Source of the DNA: an uncultured bacterium
GTDB lineage: Bacteria; Verrucomicrobiota; Kiritimatiellia; RFP12; UBA1067
NCBI GenBank assembly: GCA_902799385.1
Contig: CADCAK010000003.1
Coordinates: 27,888-91,887, forward strand
Length of the DNA stretch: 64,000 nt
Direction: 5' to 3'
The translations under genes and the position numbers were made by a program. Position 1 is the first letter of the stretch. Each line of letters opens with the position of its first letter. This document shows, piece by piece, positions 17,048 through 25,827 of this stretch. The notes under the pieces were generated by a model. That model saw only the letters and a program-made list of their open reading frames with translations, was not told where the DNA came from and made no database searches.

Positions 17048-17543
17048 AATTGTCGCTGTGTTGAAGTTTGTGTTCTTTGTGTCTGTGATTGCTGCTTTGT
17101 CGTGCGGTTGCGCAACTATAGTGAGCAAGTCGCATTATGCCGTGAATGTACAAAGCTCTGTCGAGGGCGCTAAATGCGTCATCAGAGAAAATGGACGTGA
17201 GTTGGCAACAGTAACAACTCCGGCGATGATCGATCTGTCGGCTTCATCCGGGTATTTTAATCCTGCTGAATACATGTTTGAGTTTTCAAAGGATGGATAC
17301 GAATCGGTGAACATGAACATATCGGCATCGGTTGACATGTGGTATATCGGCAACATTGTATTCGGTGGGCTTATTGGGTTTTTGATTGTTGATCCTGCCA
17401 CTGGTGCCATGTGGAAATTCGACACGACACGCCCGGTGTATGCCAATATGGAAAGGAAGCGGACTCCTGTAGATCTTCAAATAGAAAAACTGAAGAAACG
17501 TGGTCTCCTTACCGCGGAAGAGTCGAAGGCACTTATCGAGTAG
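17034..17543 (+). CDS. lipoprotein (PEGA-like beta domain plus GGLIGFLIVDPATGAMW segment)
   Basis: A signal peptide with LSCGC is present. The gene is lower in GC than its surroundings and overlaps the K1 stop. An alternative start exists at 17019. Confidence 0.55.
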   Translation: MNSSRIVAVLKFVFFVSVIAALSCGCATIVSKSHYAVNVQSSVEGAKCVIRENGRELATVTTPAMIDLSASSGYFNPAEYMFEFSKDGYESVNMNISASVDMWYIGNIVFGGLIGFLIVDPATGAMWKFDTTRPVYANMERKRTPVDLQIEKLKKRGLLTAEESKALIE

Positions 17544-17566
17544 CGGAAAATACGGAGGAAGATGCA

Positions 17567-18961
17567 ATGCCGTTGTTCATGAGCGAGAGCGAAAGACGCC
17601 GCGACGCGCGGCGGAGGCGGCGCAGGATGCTGCGCGAGGTTCAGAACGCGGTCGATGCCGCGCGGATGAAGCGCGACGAGATGCTGAAGCGCCGAGCGGA
17701 CGACTGGAACGCCGCGCGCGTGTCGCTCGCGAAGGGCGACGAGGCGGACGCAAGACGGCGGCTCGAGTCCGTGCGCACCTGCGACGCCGCGCTGGCGCGT
17801 CTCGACGCCCGTCTTGCCCGCTTCGAGGCGATGGAGCGCGAAATGGAGTGCGCCGACGCGGACGCCACGTTCGACGAATCTTCTGCCGCATTCTCGCGCT
17901 TCGTCAAGGAGCCTGAGTCTGAGCATGAGGCCGAGCCTGTTTCTTTGCCATCGATAGACGAGATGATGGAAAAACTCGCAGGAGAACCGCTTGTTGAAAC
18001 TGTCGGCGGAAAGGACCGTCCGAAGCAGCCACCTGTCGCGCCGCCGGTTAGCGCCGACGGCGATGTGGAGACGGCGGCGTCGAAGTGGACTGCCACGAAG
18101 CCCGACAATATCCGCCTTGACGATGTAATCGGTCTTGACGACGCCAAGGCGGTCGTGCGCGACGCTCTTGTGAACCCGGTGAACCATCCCGATGTTTACA
18201 AGACGCTGAAGGTCGCTCCCGGGACCGGACTTCTCCTGTACGGGCCGCCGGGAACAGGCAAGACGCTTTTCGCCAAGGCCGTCGCGAACGAGATGGACAT
18301 GCCTTTTATGGAGGTCCGCTGTGACAAGTTGAAGAGCAAGTATGTCGGAGACACGGAGAAAAATGTCGCGGAGATGTTTCGCGCGGCGCGCGCATTGAAG
18401 AGATGCGTTCTCTTTCTCGATGAATGCAACGCGATTCTGTCGCGTCGCGGCGACCAGAAGGTGTGCATGGTGGAGCAATTTCTCGTCGAGTTAGACGGAT
18501 TCGCCGCGTCGGACGCGCAGCTCTTCGTCCTTATGGCGACGAATCTTCCGTGGACGCTCGACGGCGCGATCACGCGTTCGGGACGCTTGAGCGAGGCGGT
18601 ATATGTCGGGCTCCCCGACGAGGCGACGCGGCGCAAGCTGTTCGACATTGCTTTCAAAGATGTTCCGCTCGCTTCGGACGTCGATCTTGACGCGCTTGCG
18701 GCGGCGACGGAAGGTTTCAGCGGCGCGGACATCGCGGCCAAGGGCGGGCTCTGCCACAAGGCGAAGACATACGCCGCCCGTCGGTGGATCGCGCGTCGCG
18801 AGGCGGGGAACGCGGCTGGCGGCGGCACTTCCGAAAGCGCAGTGGAGTGCGTGACGGGCGAAGATGTCAAGAAGGCGCTTGCGGAGGTTGTGCCGATTTC
18901 TAAGTCCGCTCCCGATGTCGTGGAACGGAACAAGAACTATTCCATGAAAAAGGAGGGCTGA
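17567..18961 (+). CDS. AAA+ ATPase (classic AAA clade, Vps4/katanin-like features) with helical N-terminal domain
   Basis: GGAGGAAG lies upstream of ATG 17567. Motifs present are Walker A GPPGTGKT, Walker B VLFLDECN, and ATNLPWTLDGAI...RSGRL. The N-terminal ~100 aa are an Arg/Ala/Glu-rich helical region. Confidence 0.85.
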   Translation: MPLFMSESERRRDARRRRRRMLREVQNAVDAARMKRDEMLKRRADDWNAARVSLAKGDEADARRRLESVRTCDAALARLDARLARFEAMEREMECADADATFDESSAAFSRFVKEPESEHEAEPVSLPSIDEMMEKLAGEPLVETVGGKDRPKQPPVAPPVSADGDVETAASKWTATKPDNIRLDDVIGLDDAKAVVRDALVNPVNHPDVYKTLKVAPGTGLLLYGPPGTGKTLFAKAVANEMDMPFMEVRCDKLKSKYVGDTEKNVAEMFRAARALKRCVLFLDECNAILSRRGDQKVCMVEQFLVELDGFAASDAQLFVLMATNLPWTLDGAITRSGRLSEAVYVGLPDEATRRKLFDIAFKDVPLASDVDLDALAAATEGFSGADIAAKGGLCHKAKTYAARRWIARREAGNAAGGGTSESAVECVTGEDVKKALAEVVPISKSAPDVVERNKNYSMKKEG

Positions 18962-18963
18962 AT

Positions 18964-19551
18964 ATGGACTGGAAATTGGACGACAGCAGCGTGGGACGGG
19001 AATTGAAGACCGGCGCGGGCCCGGGCAGACGAGAGCGCTCGCTTGCGAATGACGTTGCATACGACGTGCAGCGCGTCCTTTACCGCAAATGGCTCATAGC
19101 GATTATAGAATTCGCATTGAAGGCTTTGCTTGTCTTCATCTGCGGATGGCTCATCTGGCGCGGCGCGGCGAGTCTGTTCAGCCATGCGCCAACGCAGACC
19201 GCTCAGGCTGTGGAGGCTGCGGCATCAACGTCGGCCTCGGTTGCACCCGCCCCTGCGGAGGAGACGGGCGCCGTCGTCAATATATCCCTTGTCTGCATAC
19301 TTGCGATACTGATGCTGCCGGTTGTGACGATCTCGTTCATACGTACGATGGTGTCCAAGCGGTCGAACGGTGTCAATGCGTTCACTCTCGGCATCTATAC
19401 GGCAATCGACTTCATACTCTCGTATTTTGTCGTTGGTCCGAAGTTCGACTCAACGGTGAAGGCTGTCGCTTTCATCGGGATGGGCATCTTCTCGCTGATG
19501 TACAATTTCATGGTCATGAACTATGCTCTGAAACTTGAGGACGGACGTTAA
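18964..19551 (+). CDS. polytopic membrane protein (about 4 TM)
   Basis: It starts 3 nt after the AAA stop. It has four long hydrophobic segments. No family was recognised. Confidence 0.55.
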   Translation: MDWKLDDSSVGRELKTGAGPGRRERSLANDVAYDVQRVLYRKWLIAIIEFALKALLVFICGWLIWRGAASLFSHAPTQTAQAVEAAASTSASVAPAPAEETGAVVNISLVCILAILMLPVVTISFIRTMVSKRSNGVNAFTLGIYTAIDFILSYFVVGPKFDSTVKAVAFIGMGIFSLMYNFMVMNYALKLEDGR

Positions 19552-19554
19552 GCA

Positions 19555-20943
19555 ATGTCATTTCTTTCCGATATAGACAAGACGATATCCGGGGACACGG
19601 CTGGAACGATCCTATCCGGCCGCTATCGCATTGTTCGCCAGCTCGGAACTGGCGGGATGGGGGAGGTGTGGCTTGTCGAGGACACGCAGCTTGACGACAA
19701 GCCGTTCGCGATCAAGATGCTGCCATCGATTCTCATCTCCAACAAGCGAGCGTATCGCCAGCTTAAGGACGAGGCGCTTGTGGCGATGAAGCTTGTTCAT
19801 CCAAACATCGTCACGCTCCGTGCGTTCGAGGAGAACAACGGCAATCCGTTCCTCGTGATGGACTATATCGACGGCGAGACGCTGGACGACTACCTGGCCG
19901 ACAAGGGTAAACGCTCGGAGGATGAGACCGTTCGCATTCTCAGGCCCATCGCCGCCGCGCTTGACTATGCTCACTCGAAAGGCATCGTCCATCGCGACGT
20001 GAAGCCCGGTAACGTGATGATCGCAAAGGACGGCACGCCCTATATCCTCGATTTCGGCATTGCCCGACAGTTAAACGAAGCGAATTGCGCTATGGAGTCC
20101 ATGCCTTCCGGTACACGGAAATATATGTCGCCGGAGCAGTTGCAGGGGCACCCCCCGGCGCCATCGCAGGATGTGTACTCGTTCGCGGCAATGTTGCGGG
20201 AGTGCATGAATGGCGATGTGCCAGCAGGGGTAATGGCTGGTCTCGCTAAGAAACCAGAAGACAGACCGAAGACTTGTGTTGAGGTGCTGGATGGGGTTGA
20301 CTCACGCAGAGACGCCGATCGGCAGAGTCCTCGGAGCGGCAGTTGGAAAGCACCTATCGTCGCCGCATTGCTAATCGCGCTTGCTGGAGGCGTGTGGTTG
20401 TGGCATCGTGGGCGAGGAGAACCGAGCAAGGCCGAAGTTGTGTATGGGACAAACCCAGTAGATATCTCGACCAATGTCACGCAGGAGATTCGAACTCCGG
20501 GTGCAGAAACAAATTTTACATCAGATATACCACCAATCCAGGTAGACATTCCTCAGCCTTCAACCAATCCGCAGCCAGTCACCGTCGAACAGCCGAAGTC
20601 TGCGGCTCCGGTTCCTGAGACGGATAATCCGGCGAAGCCGCCGCCCGAGAAAGAAAAAGAGGTAATGCCTCCACCCTCCAAGGCGGACAAGGCTATGCGC
20701 AAGGCAGACGAGGCAAAAAAACTTGCGCTGGAGGTTATGAGTAAAGTCGAGGAAACAGAAGGATTTCCTTTCAGCGATGAAAGCCGTCTTGCCGATGCAT
20801 GGTTCGCGGCCACGAGCAGAAAGGCAGCGGCTGACAGCGAATATGAGCTGGGCGAGTATTCCAAAGCGGCTGCCGGCTATCGCAATGCCGAAAATCAATT
20901 CGCCAAAATTCTTGAGAAAATCAAAGAAGGAGAGTCCAAATGA
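19555..20943 (+). CDS. Hanks-type Ser/Thr protein kinase, single TM (K2), shortened C-lobe
   Basis: Motifs GTGGMGEVW, AIKML, HRDVKPGN and DFGIA are present. The kinase domain is about 75 percent identical to K3/K4 but about 29 aa shorter after SPEQ. The TM helix is IVAALLIALAGGVWLW. Confidence 0.9.
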   Translation: MSFLSDIDKTISGDTAGTILSGRYRIVRQLGTGGMGEVWLVEDTQLDDKPFAIKMLPSILISNKRAYRQLKDEALVAMKLVHPNIVTLRAFEENNGNPFLVMDYIDGETLDDYLADKGKRSEDETVRILRPIAAALDYAHSKGIVHRDVKPGNVMIAKDGTPYILDFGIARQLNEANCAMESMPSGTRKYMSPEQLQGHPPAPSQDVYSFAAMLRECMNGDVPAGVMAGLAKKPEDRPKTCVEVLDGVDSRRDADRQSPRSGSWKAPIVAALLIALAGGVWLWHRGRGEPSKAEVVYGTNPVDISTNVTQEIRTPGAETNFTSDIPPIQVDIPQPSTNPQPVTVEQPKSAAPVPETDNPAKPPPEKEKEVMPPPSKADKAMRKADEAKKLALEVMSKVEETEGFPFSDESRLADAWFAATSRKAAADSEYELGEYSKAAAGYRNAENQFAKILEKIKEGESK

Positions 20944-21860
20944 ATAGTCGTCTAACATCAGGCTTGTTCATTATAGCTTCCGTCTTCCTTGCGGGATGTT
21001 TTTCGTATGTTCCGCCGGATCCACCGCCGAACTGGACGGCGTTGCTTGTGGAACGCGTACCGCAGCTCGGCGACGATTTTCTCCGCTCAACGGCGATGAC
21101 GGAGGCCAAAAAGCCTGTACTTCTGGTGTTGGGCGAGATGCCAGATTCCACTCGCCATCGTGTCGAGGCGACGTTGCTTCTGAACAAGATGAAAGCATAT
21201 CTCGTTAAAAACTCTGGCGGTCAGATTCATGTGTTCGATACGTCGGCAGACGTGGAAAGCTACCGCCGCAAGCGGATGAAAGAGACTATGCATCAGAGAT
21301 TCAAGGGTGACATAGCGTTGCTCGCTTCGAGAGTAGATGCCAAGTACAGCCGCCGCAATGTCAAGATTGCTGTCAGAGAGGTGGCAAACCAACGGAACGT
21401 TGGGGATGTTTGTGCCGACGGCTTCATTTCTCTTCTTCGCGACAAACTCGTTTCGGACGGGATGGGGAATATTACGTTTCTTGACTGGGATAAACGCAGC
21501 GAAGCGGATTACATACTCGGAGGCGAGTTCTCGAAGACGGGCCTTTCGGGCGGCGGATCGCCGTCGGGAGAGGACAGCCGCGACGAGCAGCGTCTGCGCG
21601 TGACGTTCACCGACGCCGAGACTGGCGATGTGGATTTCGAGAGCAGCGTGATTGCGACCTCCCGCGACTTTGCCCCGTCCATCTGGGCTACGTACATTCT
21701 TTCGGGAAGATTGGAAGAAATATCGAAAGACCACTATTCCTCAACGGACGATTACGTGCGGATAGAATTCACTGTCGTGGATCCGGATTCGACTCTTGTC
21801 CGGTGGACGGGTTCGTCCGAGATCGCGATAACGACAAACAAGTCGGTGCTGTATTATTGA
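20940..21860 (+). CDS. LpoB-like (COG3417-type) lipoprotein
   Basis: The ATG overlaps the K2 stop and lipobox FLAGC is present. PVLLVLGEMPDSTRHRVEATLLLNKMKAYLVKNSGGQIHVFD and the terminal VDPDSTLVRW parallel LpoB-family motifs. It is a paralogue of 28697-29821. Confidence 0.55.
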   Translation: MNSRLTSGLFIIASVFLAGCFSYVPPDPPPNWTALLVERVPQLGDDFLRSTAMTEAKKPVLLVLGEMPDSTRHRVEATLLLNKMKAYLVKNSGGQIHVFDTSADVESYRRKRMKETMHQRFKGDIALLASRVDAKYSRRNVKIAVREVANQRNVGDVCADGFISLLRDKLVSDGMGNITFLDWDKRSEADYILGGEFSKTGLSGGGSPSGEDSRDEQRLRVTFTDAETGDVDFESSVIATSRDFAPSIWATYILSGRLEEISKDHYSSTDDYVRIEFTVVDPDSTLVRWTGSSEIAITTNKSVLYY

Positions 21861-21870
21861 GGCATAGACA

Positions 21871-23331
21871 ATGCGAAGTTTTTTGAAGTCCAGAAGTGCT
21901 GCCGTTCTGCCGCTTATGCTGCTCGCGGCCGGATGCACGTCGAGCAGAATCGATTACGACCCGTACGGCGAATCTGAGATTCCGCCCTGGGATAGGAAAC
22001 CTATCTTGGAGAAGACGGTTGCGGACTTCGCTGCCGGAGGGGATTATGACAACGCGGAAAAACTTGCCAGAGCAAGTCTTTTCGGCGGGACGCATCCGGG
22101 CCGGTATGAAATGGTCCTCATGGGTGCCGGTGCGTCCGATGATGTTCACGCCGCCGAGATTGCGCCGTCGCCACCGCAAGACGAGACTATGCACCTTCTG
22201 AATCTCGCGTCCGTACTTCTGTTGGAGGGGAAGAAGGACGAAGCGCACAAAACGTTCGACCGCGCGGCGCAAAAGATAGAAGAGCAGTTCGACCCGGATT
22301 CACAGGCATTGAAGCTGACGCACGGAGAGTCGGAAAAGTTTTTCAAGGGCGACGGATACGAACGTGCTACGATGTACGCGTTTCTCGCCATGTCTTTTCT
22401 CGAGCGCGGAGAGTATCAGGATGCCATAAAGATGGCACGGCGCGGAATCGCCGCCGATAGCGATGCCGAGAAGGGCGAATATCGTGCGGACTATGCGCTT
22501 TTGCCGTACATAGGTTATCTGGCCGCCGCCAAGTCCGGACGTGATCATGAGGCAAGAGGCTTCGATGAAATGGTTCTTTCGATATGCGGGTTCCGGCCCT
22601 CCGGACGTCTTCTGCCCGATGCGCTCGTCGTGGTGTGGACAGGCGGCGGAACGTCACGTGAAACGGGCGGCGAATTCGACGAGATACGTTACGTCAGAAA
22701 GGGGTGGTTGCCCGGTGCCGTCGATGCCGCAGAGGTGGAATCGGGCGGAGAGACGCACGTGTCGCTTCCCCGGCTTGCCGACTTGAATTACCAGGCGGCG
22801 ACGCGTGGCGGACGCATCATGGACAACGTTCTTGAGAGCAAGGCCAAGGTGAAGCGAGGTTTCGCCGCGTCAGGGAACTTTCTGCTTGCATTCGGCGCCG
22901 CGTGTTTCCAAGGCGCGTATGCGTCTGGAAATGGTTGCGTTGCAATTCCTTTGTGCGCAGTGGGCGGGCTGAGCGTCGGTCTCGGCTTTCCGACGCATTT
23001 GGTTGGCATGATGATAAACGCCGAAGCCGATCCGCGTTCATGGACGGTCCTGCCAGGGCGCATGCTTGTCGTGCCGGTGTCTGGAGTTTCAGGGGCGGCT
23101 TGTCTACACGGTTATCGCGGCCGGGATGAGGTTCTCAGGACGAATCTTTCTGCGGATTTATCGAAGTCTGGGAATGAAATCAAGGTGATTCATTGCTCCT
23201 TGCTGCCCATGGCAAGCAGAATCCATGCCTATGAGCGGCAGACGTTTATTGAGCCGGCGGAACGAATCCGCGCGGCCGTCAGAGGTGGATGGGACAAAGC
23301 CGAAATAACAGAAGGAGTGAAAGAAAAATGA
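21871..23331 (+). CDS. large lipoprotein, COG3014-like (paralogue of 30327-31721)
   Basis: Lipobox LLAAGC is present. A long shared block matches the paralogue (KFFKGDGYERATMYAFLAMSFLERGEYQDA ... versus KVYKGDAHERATLYAFLALSFMEQGEWDDA). The C-terminal half is glycine-rich and hydrophobic. Confidence 0.55.
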   Translation: MRSFLKSRSAAVLPLMLLAAGCTSSRIDYDPYGESEIPPWDRKPILEKTVADFAAGGDYDNAEKLARASLFGGTHPGRYEMVLMGAGASDDVHAAEIAPSPPQDETMHLLNLASVLLLEGKKDEAHKTFDRAAQKIEEQFDPDSQALKLTHGESEKFFKGDGYERATMYAFLAMSFLERGEYQDAIKMARRGIAADSDAEKGEYRADYALLPYIGYLAAAKSGRDHEARGFDEMVLSICGFRPSGRLLPDALVVVWTGGGTSRETGGEFDEIRYVRKGWLPGAVDAAEVESGGETHVSLPRLADLNYQAATRGGRIMDNVLESKAKVKRGFAASGNFLLAFGAACFQGAYASGNGCVAIPLCAVGGLSVGLGFPTHLVGMMINAEADPRSWTVLPGRMLVVPVSGVSGAACLHGYRGRDEVLRTNLSADLSKSGNEIKVIHCSLLPMASRIHAYERQTFIEPAERIRAAVRGGWDKAEITEGVKEK

Positions 23332-24194
23332 AAACATTGGATTTCTTTTCTGTTCCGTCGATTCTTGTCATGGCTGTTTGCTCGGGGTGCGTGAATGGCG
23401 GGCATGTCATAGTTACGGGAGATAGCGAAGAATCGCTGGCAGGTTTTGTTTCGGGCGGGGGCGTTGAAACAATTCGTGCAAGCGGATCCTCCGTCCTGAT
23501 TGGAGGACAGGATATGTCGTCGAATGTCGGAGTGGATACGGTTGTTCCGGGCGGCTCGACCGTGAAGGTCGGTGGTCGCGCCGTGCCAGTTCCGCAAGAT
23601 GCGCCTGGAGTTCCGTCGGGGCCGTCTTCGGTGAAGGTGGGAGGAACAATGATCGTGCCGGCTGTCGTGCCCGTCGTGGAGCGTGTTTCAGGGACGTCAC
23701 GTGTCGTGATAGACGACGATTCTGCGGAAAAAGCGATTCACGGCGGAGGTCTGGAAGTGTGTCCAGGCATGTCTGTTGCAGTTGTCCCTCCGCCAGATGC
23801 GGGGACAGACGAATATCGCACCGCGAAGAAAAAGGCGTATATCGAGATTCTGCGGCAGTTGAAGAGCCGCGGGTGTCGTCTTGCGGCAAGAGACGTGTCA
23901 TCGGCGAGATTCCCAGGGGACATTGACAGACTTGAGGAATGCGTCATGGCGAACGGGTACGACATAGGCTACAGCATGGCCCTGGCGGAAAATGCCGTCG
24001 AAGCGTCACATGCAGAACTTGTCGTAGAAGTTCTTGATTGTCAGATCGACATGGTGAGCGACAAATGCAAGGTGGTGGTGAGGGTGCGCGCTCCGCTTGA
24101 GTACGGCGAGCGTATGCAGGCTCGTTCGTTCAGGAGCAAAGAGCCGGACGTGGACATGTCTCGCGCCGTCTCAAGCTTGTTCGCGGAAAAATGA
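23328..24194 (+). CDS. secreted/lipoprotein, unknown family
   Basis: The ATG overlaps the upstream stop (ATGA). A signal peptide ending CSGC is present. GC is lower than in neighbouring genes. Confidence 0.5.
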   Translation: MKTLDFFSVPSILVMAVCSGCVNGGHVIVTGDSEESLAGFVSGGGVETIRASGSSVLIGGQDMSSNVGVDTVVPGGSTVKVGGRAVPVPQDAPGVPSGPSSVKVGGTMIVPAVVPVVERVSGTSRVVIDDDSAEKAIHGGGLEVCPGMSVAVVPPPDAGTDEYRTAKKKAYIEILRQLKSRGCRLAARDVSSARFPGDIDRLEECVMANGYDIGYSMALAENAVEASHAELVVEVLDCQIDMVSDKCKVVVRVRAPLEYGERMQARSFRSKEPDVDMSRAVSSLFAEK

Positions 24195-24254
24195 TTTTGC
24201 CGTGCGCGGGTGCGTATGGCAATATAAAAACAAAACAACAAAGGAAAACAAAAA

Positions 24255-24695
24255 ATGAAGAAACTGATAATGGGAATTGGCCTTGTGGCGCTTGCCGCTG
24301 GATGCCAGTCGGTGTACAAGAACGATGGCGGAGATGCCAATCTTCGCCCAGAGATCGTCCGCGACGTTGCATACGAGAAGTATGATATCAAGTCAACGCC
24401 AGTTGAGTCGATTGACAATCGGATTGGACTTTTTGGAATTCTGATTCTCGGCGGAATCGCAAATCACTATGCTGACAATGCGCCTGCCGGCTATTTCGAC
24501 GAGAAAGTTGTCGCGCTCGCCAAGAATGGCGCGTATGCGGCGGCATGCGAAGCGGCGAAATGTGATACGCTTGTCGGTACAAGATATACGATCGACTACC
24601 ACAACTACTGGCTTTGGGAGGAGGCGACTGTCAAGGTTGTCGGCTATCCGGCGAAGTTGACCGGAGTCGAGTTCCGCAAGGCGAAGATCGATTGA
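24255..24695 (+). CDS. small lipoprotein (TRL-like)
   Basis: AAGGAAAA lies upstream and lipobox LAAGC is present. The C-terminal pattern AAACEAAKCDTLVGTRYTIDY...TVKVVGYPAK resembles TRL-family lipoproteins. Confidence 0.5.
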   Translation: MKKLIMGIGLVALAAGCQSVYKNDGGDANLRPEIVRDVAYEKYDIKSTPVESIDNRIGLFGILILGGIANHYADNAPAGYFDEKVVALAKNGAYAAACEAAKCDTLVGTRYTIDYHNYWLWEEATVKVVGYPAKLTGVEFRKAKID

Positions 24696-24738
24696 GGCTT
24701 GCCTATGCTGTGGGCATAAGCATGTTCACTTTGCCCAA

Positions 24739-24789
24739 GGTGTCCGCCCTTCGTCGAGGTAGTGATTCCCCTCGGCGGAGGCGGACACC
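24739..24789 (+). other. intergenic GC-rich stem-loop
   Basis: GGTGTCCGCC (24739-24748) pairs perfectly with GGCGGACACC (24780-24789), with an inner CGTCGAGG/CCTCGGCG stem. No U-run follows. Confidence 0.45.
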
Positions 24790-24798
24790 AAGGGCGTT

Positions 24799-25737
24799 AT
24801 GAAGATTAAAAAAGAGAGTGCTATGGGTGGAAATGACGAATTGAACGCGCGGATAAAGTCGCGCATGGATGCGATGAACAAGCGGATTGCCGACCGCATG
24901 GCTGCGCTGGATGCAAGGCTGGGCGGAACTGTAGCGGTTGTGAAGGAGTTTCCGGATGGGTCTCTTGAATCCTGGCTTCAGCCCGACTTTGATGACATCA
25001 AGATGCTATTTGACTACATACGCGGGTCTAATATTGTTCGGGACAATCCTGTGTATAGTGCCGCGCTTGATAAAGTGGACCTATTGTTTCTGACCGATCC
25101 GGCGAATCCTGAATCAAACAAGGTAAATGCAGGGGCGTATCGTGGAGGGAGGAAAATTACGCTGTATGCAGGTTTTGTGCGGCTGGCGAGAATCGCCGGT
25201 TCGGCACTCGCCGCCGACCTCGGCGGTGGCGCCGTTTTCAAGCGTCTTTTGGACGTTGTATTTGAAAATCCAGCCTGGGCGGATTCCATTACAATGGATG
25301 AGGCAACGGATCTTTTTATCGCACTGGGGCTGCGTCATGATGCGATCATTGTCGACGAGGCCATGCGCCATGAGGCTGTTGACCGATCTTCCGCTGCGAT
25401 TCTTGCCACTCTTGCACACGAAGCAGGGCATATCGCACTTGGTCATGTCAACGCGAATGTCGATTACTATAAGGTGAATCTTGAAGTCGCCAGAAATCAG
25501 GAGCGTCAGGCGGATTCATTCATGTCGTCCGTAATTGCGACAGTCCCATTCGGCGAACACATGTTTGAGGCCGAAATGTTCAACGACTTTCTTAATGCTG
25601 TGGCTGAGAAAAGTCGAAAGGAAAAGTCAGATAGGGGTCACACTCATCCACTTTCTGTTGAGCGTTACAACAATCTTCTGAAAGATCATCCCGACCTTGC
25701 AGAAAAGTATGGATTTTTGCAACTTGAGTCAGCGTGA
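24799..25737 (+). CDS. HExxH zinc metallopeptidase (M48 / M78-like), soluble paralogue of 13556-14620
   Basis: HEAGHIALGH is followed by ERQADSFMSSVIATVPFGEH, collinear with HETGHLVLGH...EREADSFASSVISASPFGEY in the paralogue. Confidence 0.65.
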   Translation: MKIKKESAMGGNDELNARIKSRMDAMNKRIADRMAALDARLGGTVAVVKEFPDGSLESWLQPDFDDIKMLFDYIRGSNIVRDNPVYSAALDKVDLLFLTDPANPESNKVNAGAYRGGRKITLYAGFVRLARIAGSALAADLGGGAVFKRLLDVVFENPAWADSITMDEATDLFIALGLRHDAIIVDEAMRHEAVDRSSAAILATLAHEAGHIALGHVNANVDYYKVNLEVARNQERQADSFMSSVIATVPFGEHMFEAEMFNDFLNAVAEKSRKEKSDRGHTHPLSVERYNNLLKDHPDLAEKYGFLQLESA

Positions 25738-25827
25738 CGAGCTGACGTGCATCACTAAGCCATGACCTGCGATGGCCTTGGAGAAACATTAATCATTCGT
25801 AAAGGCAAGGCAATTGGAGAACCCACA

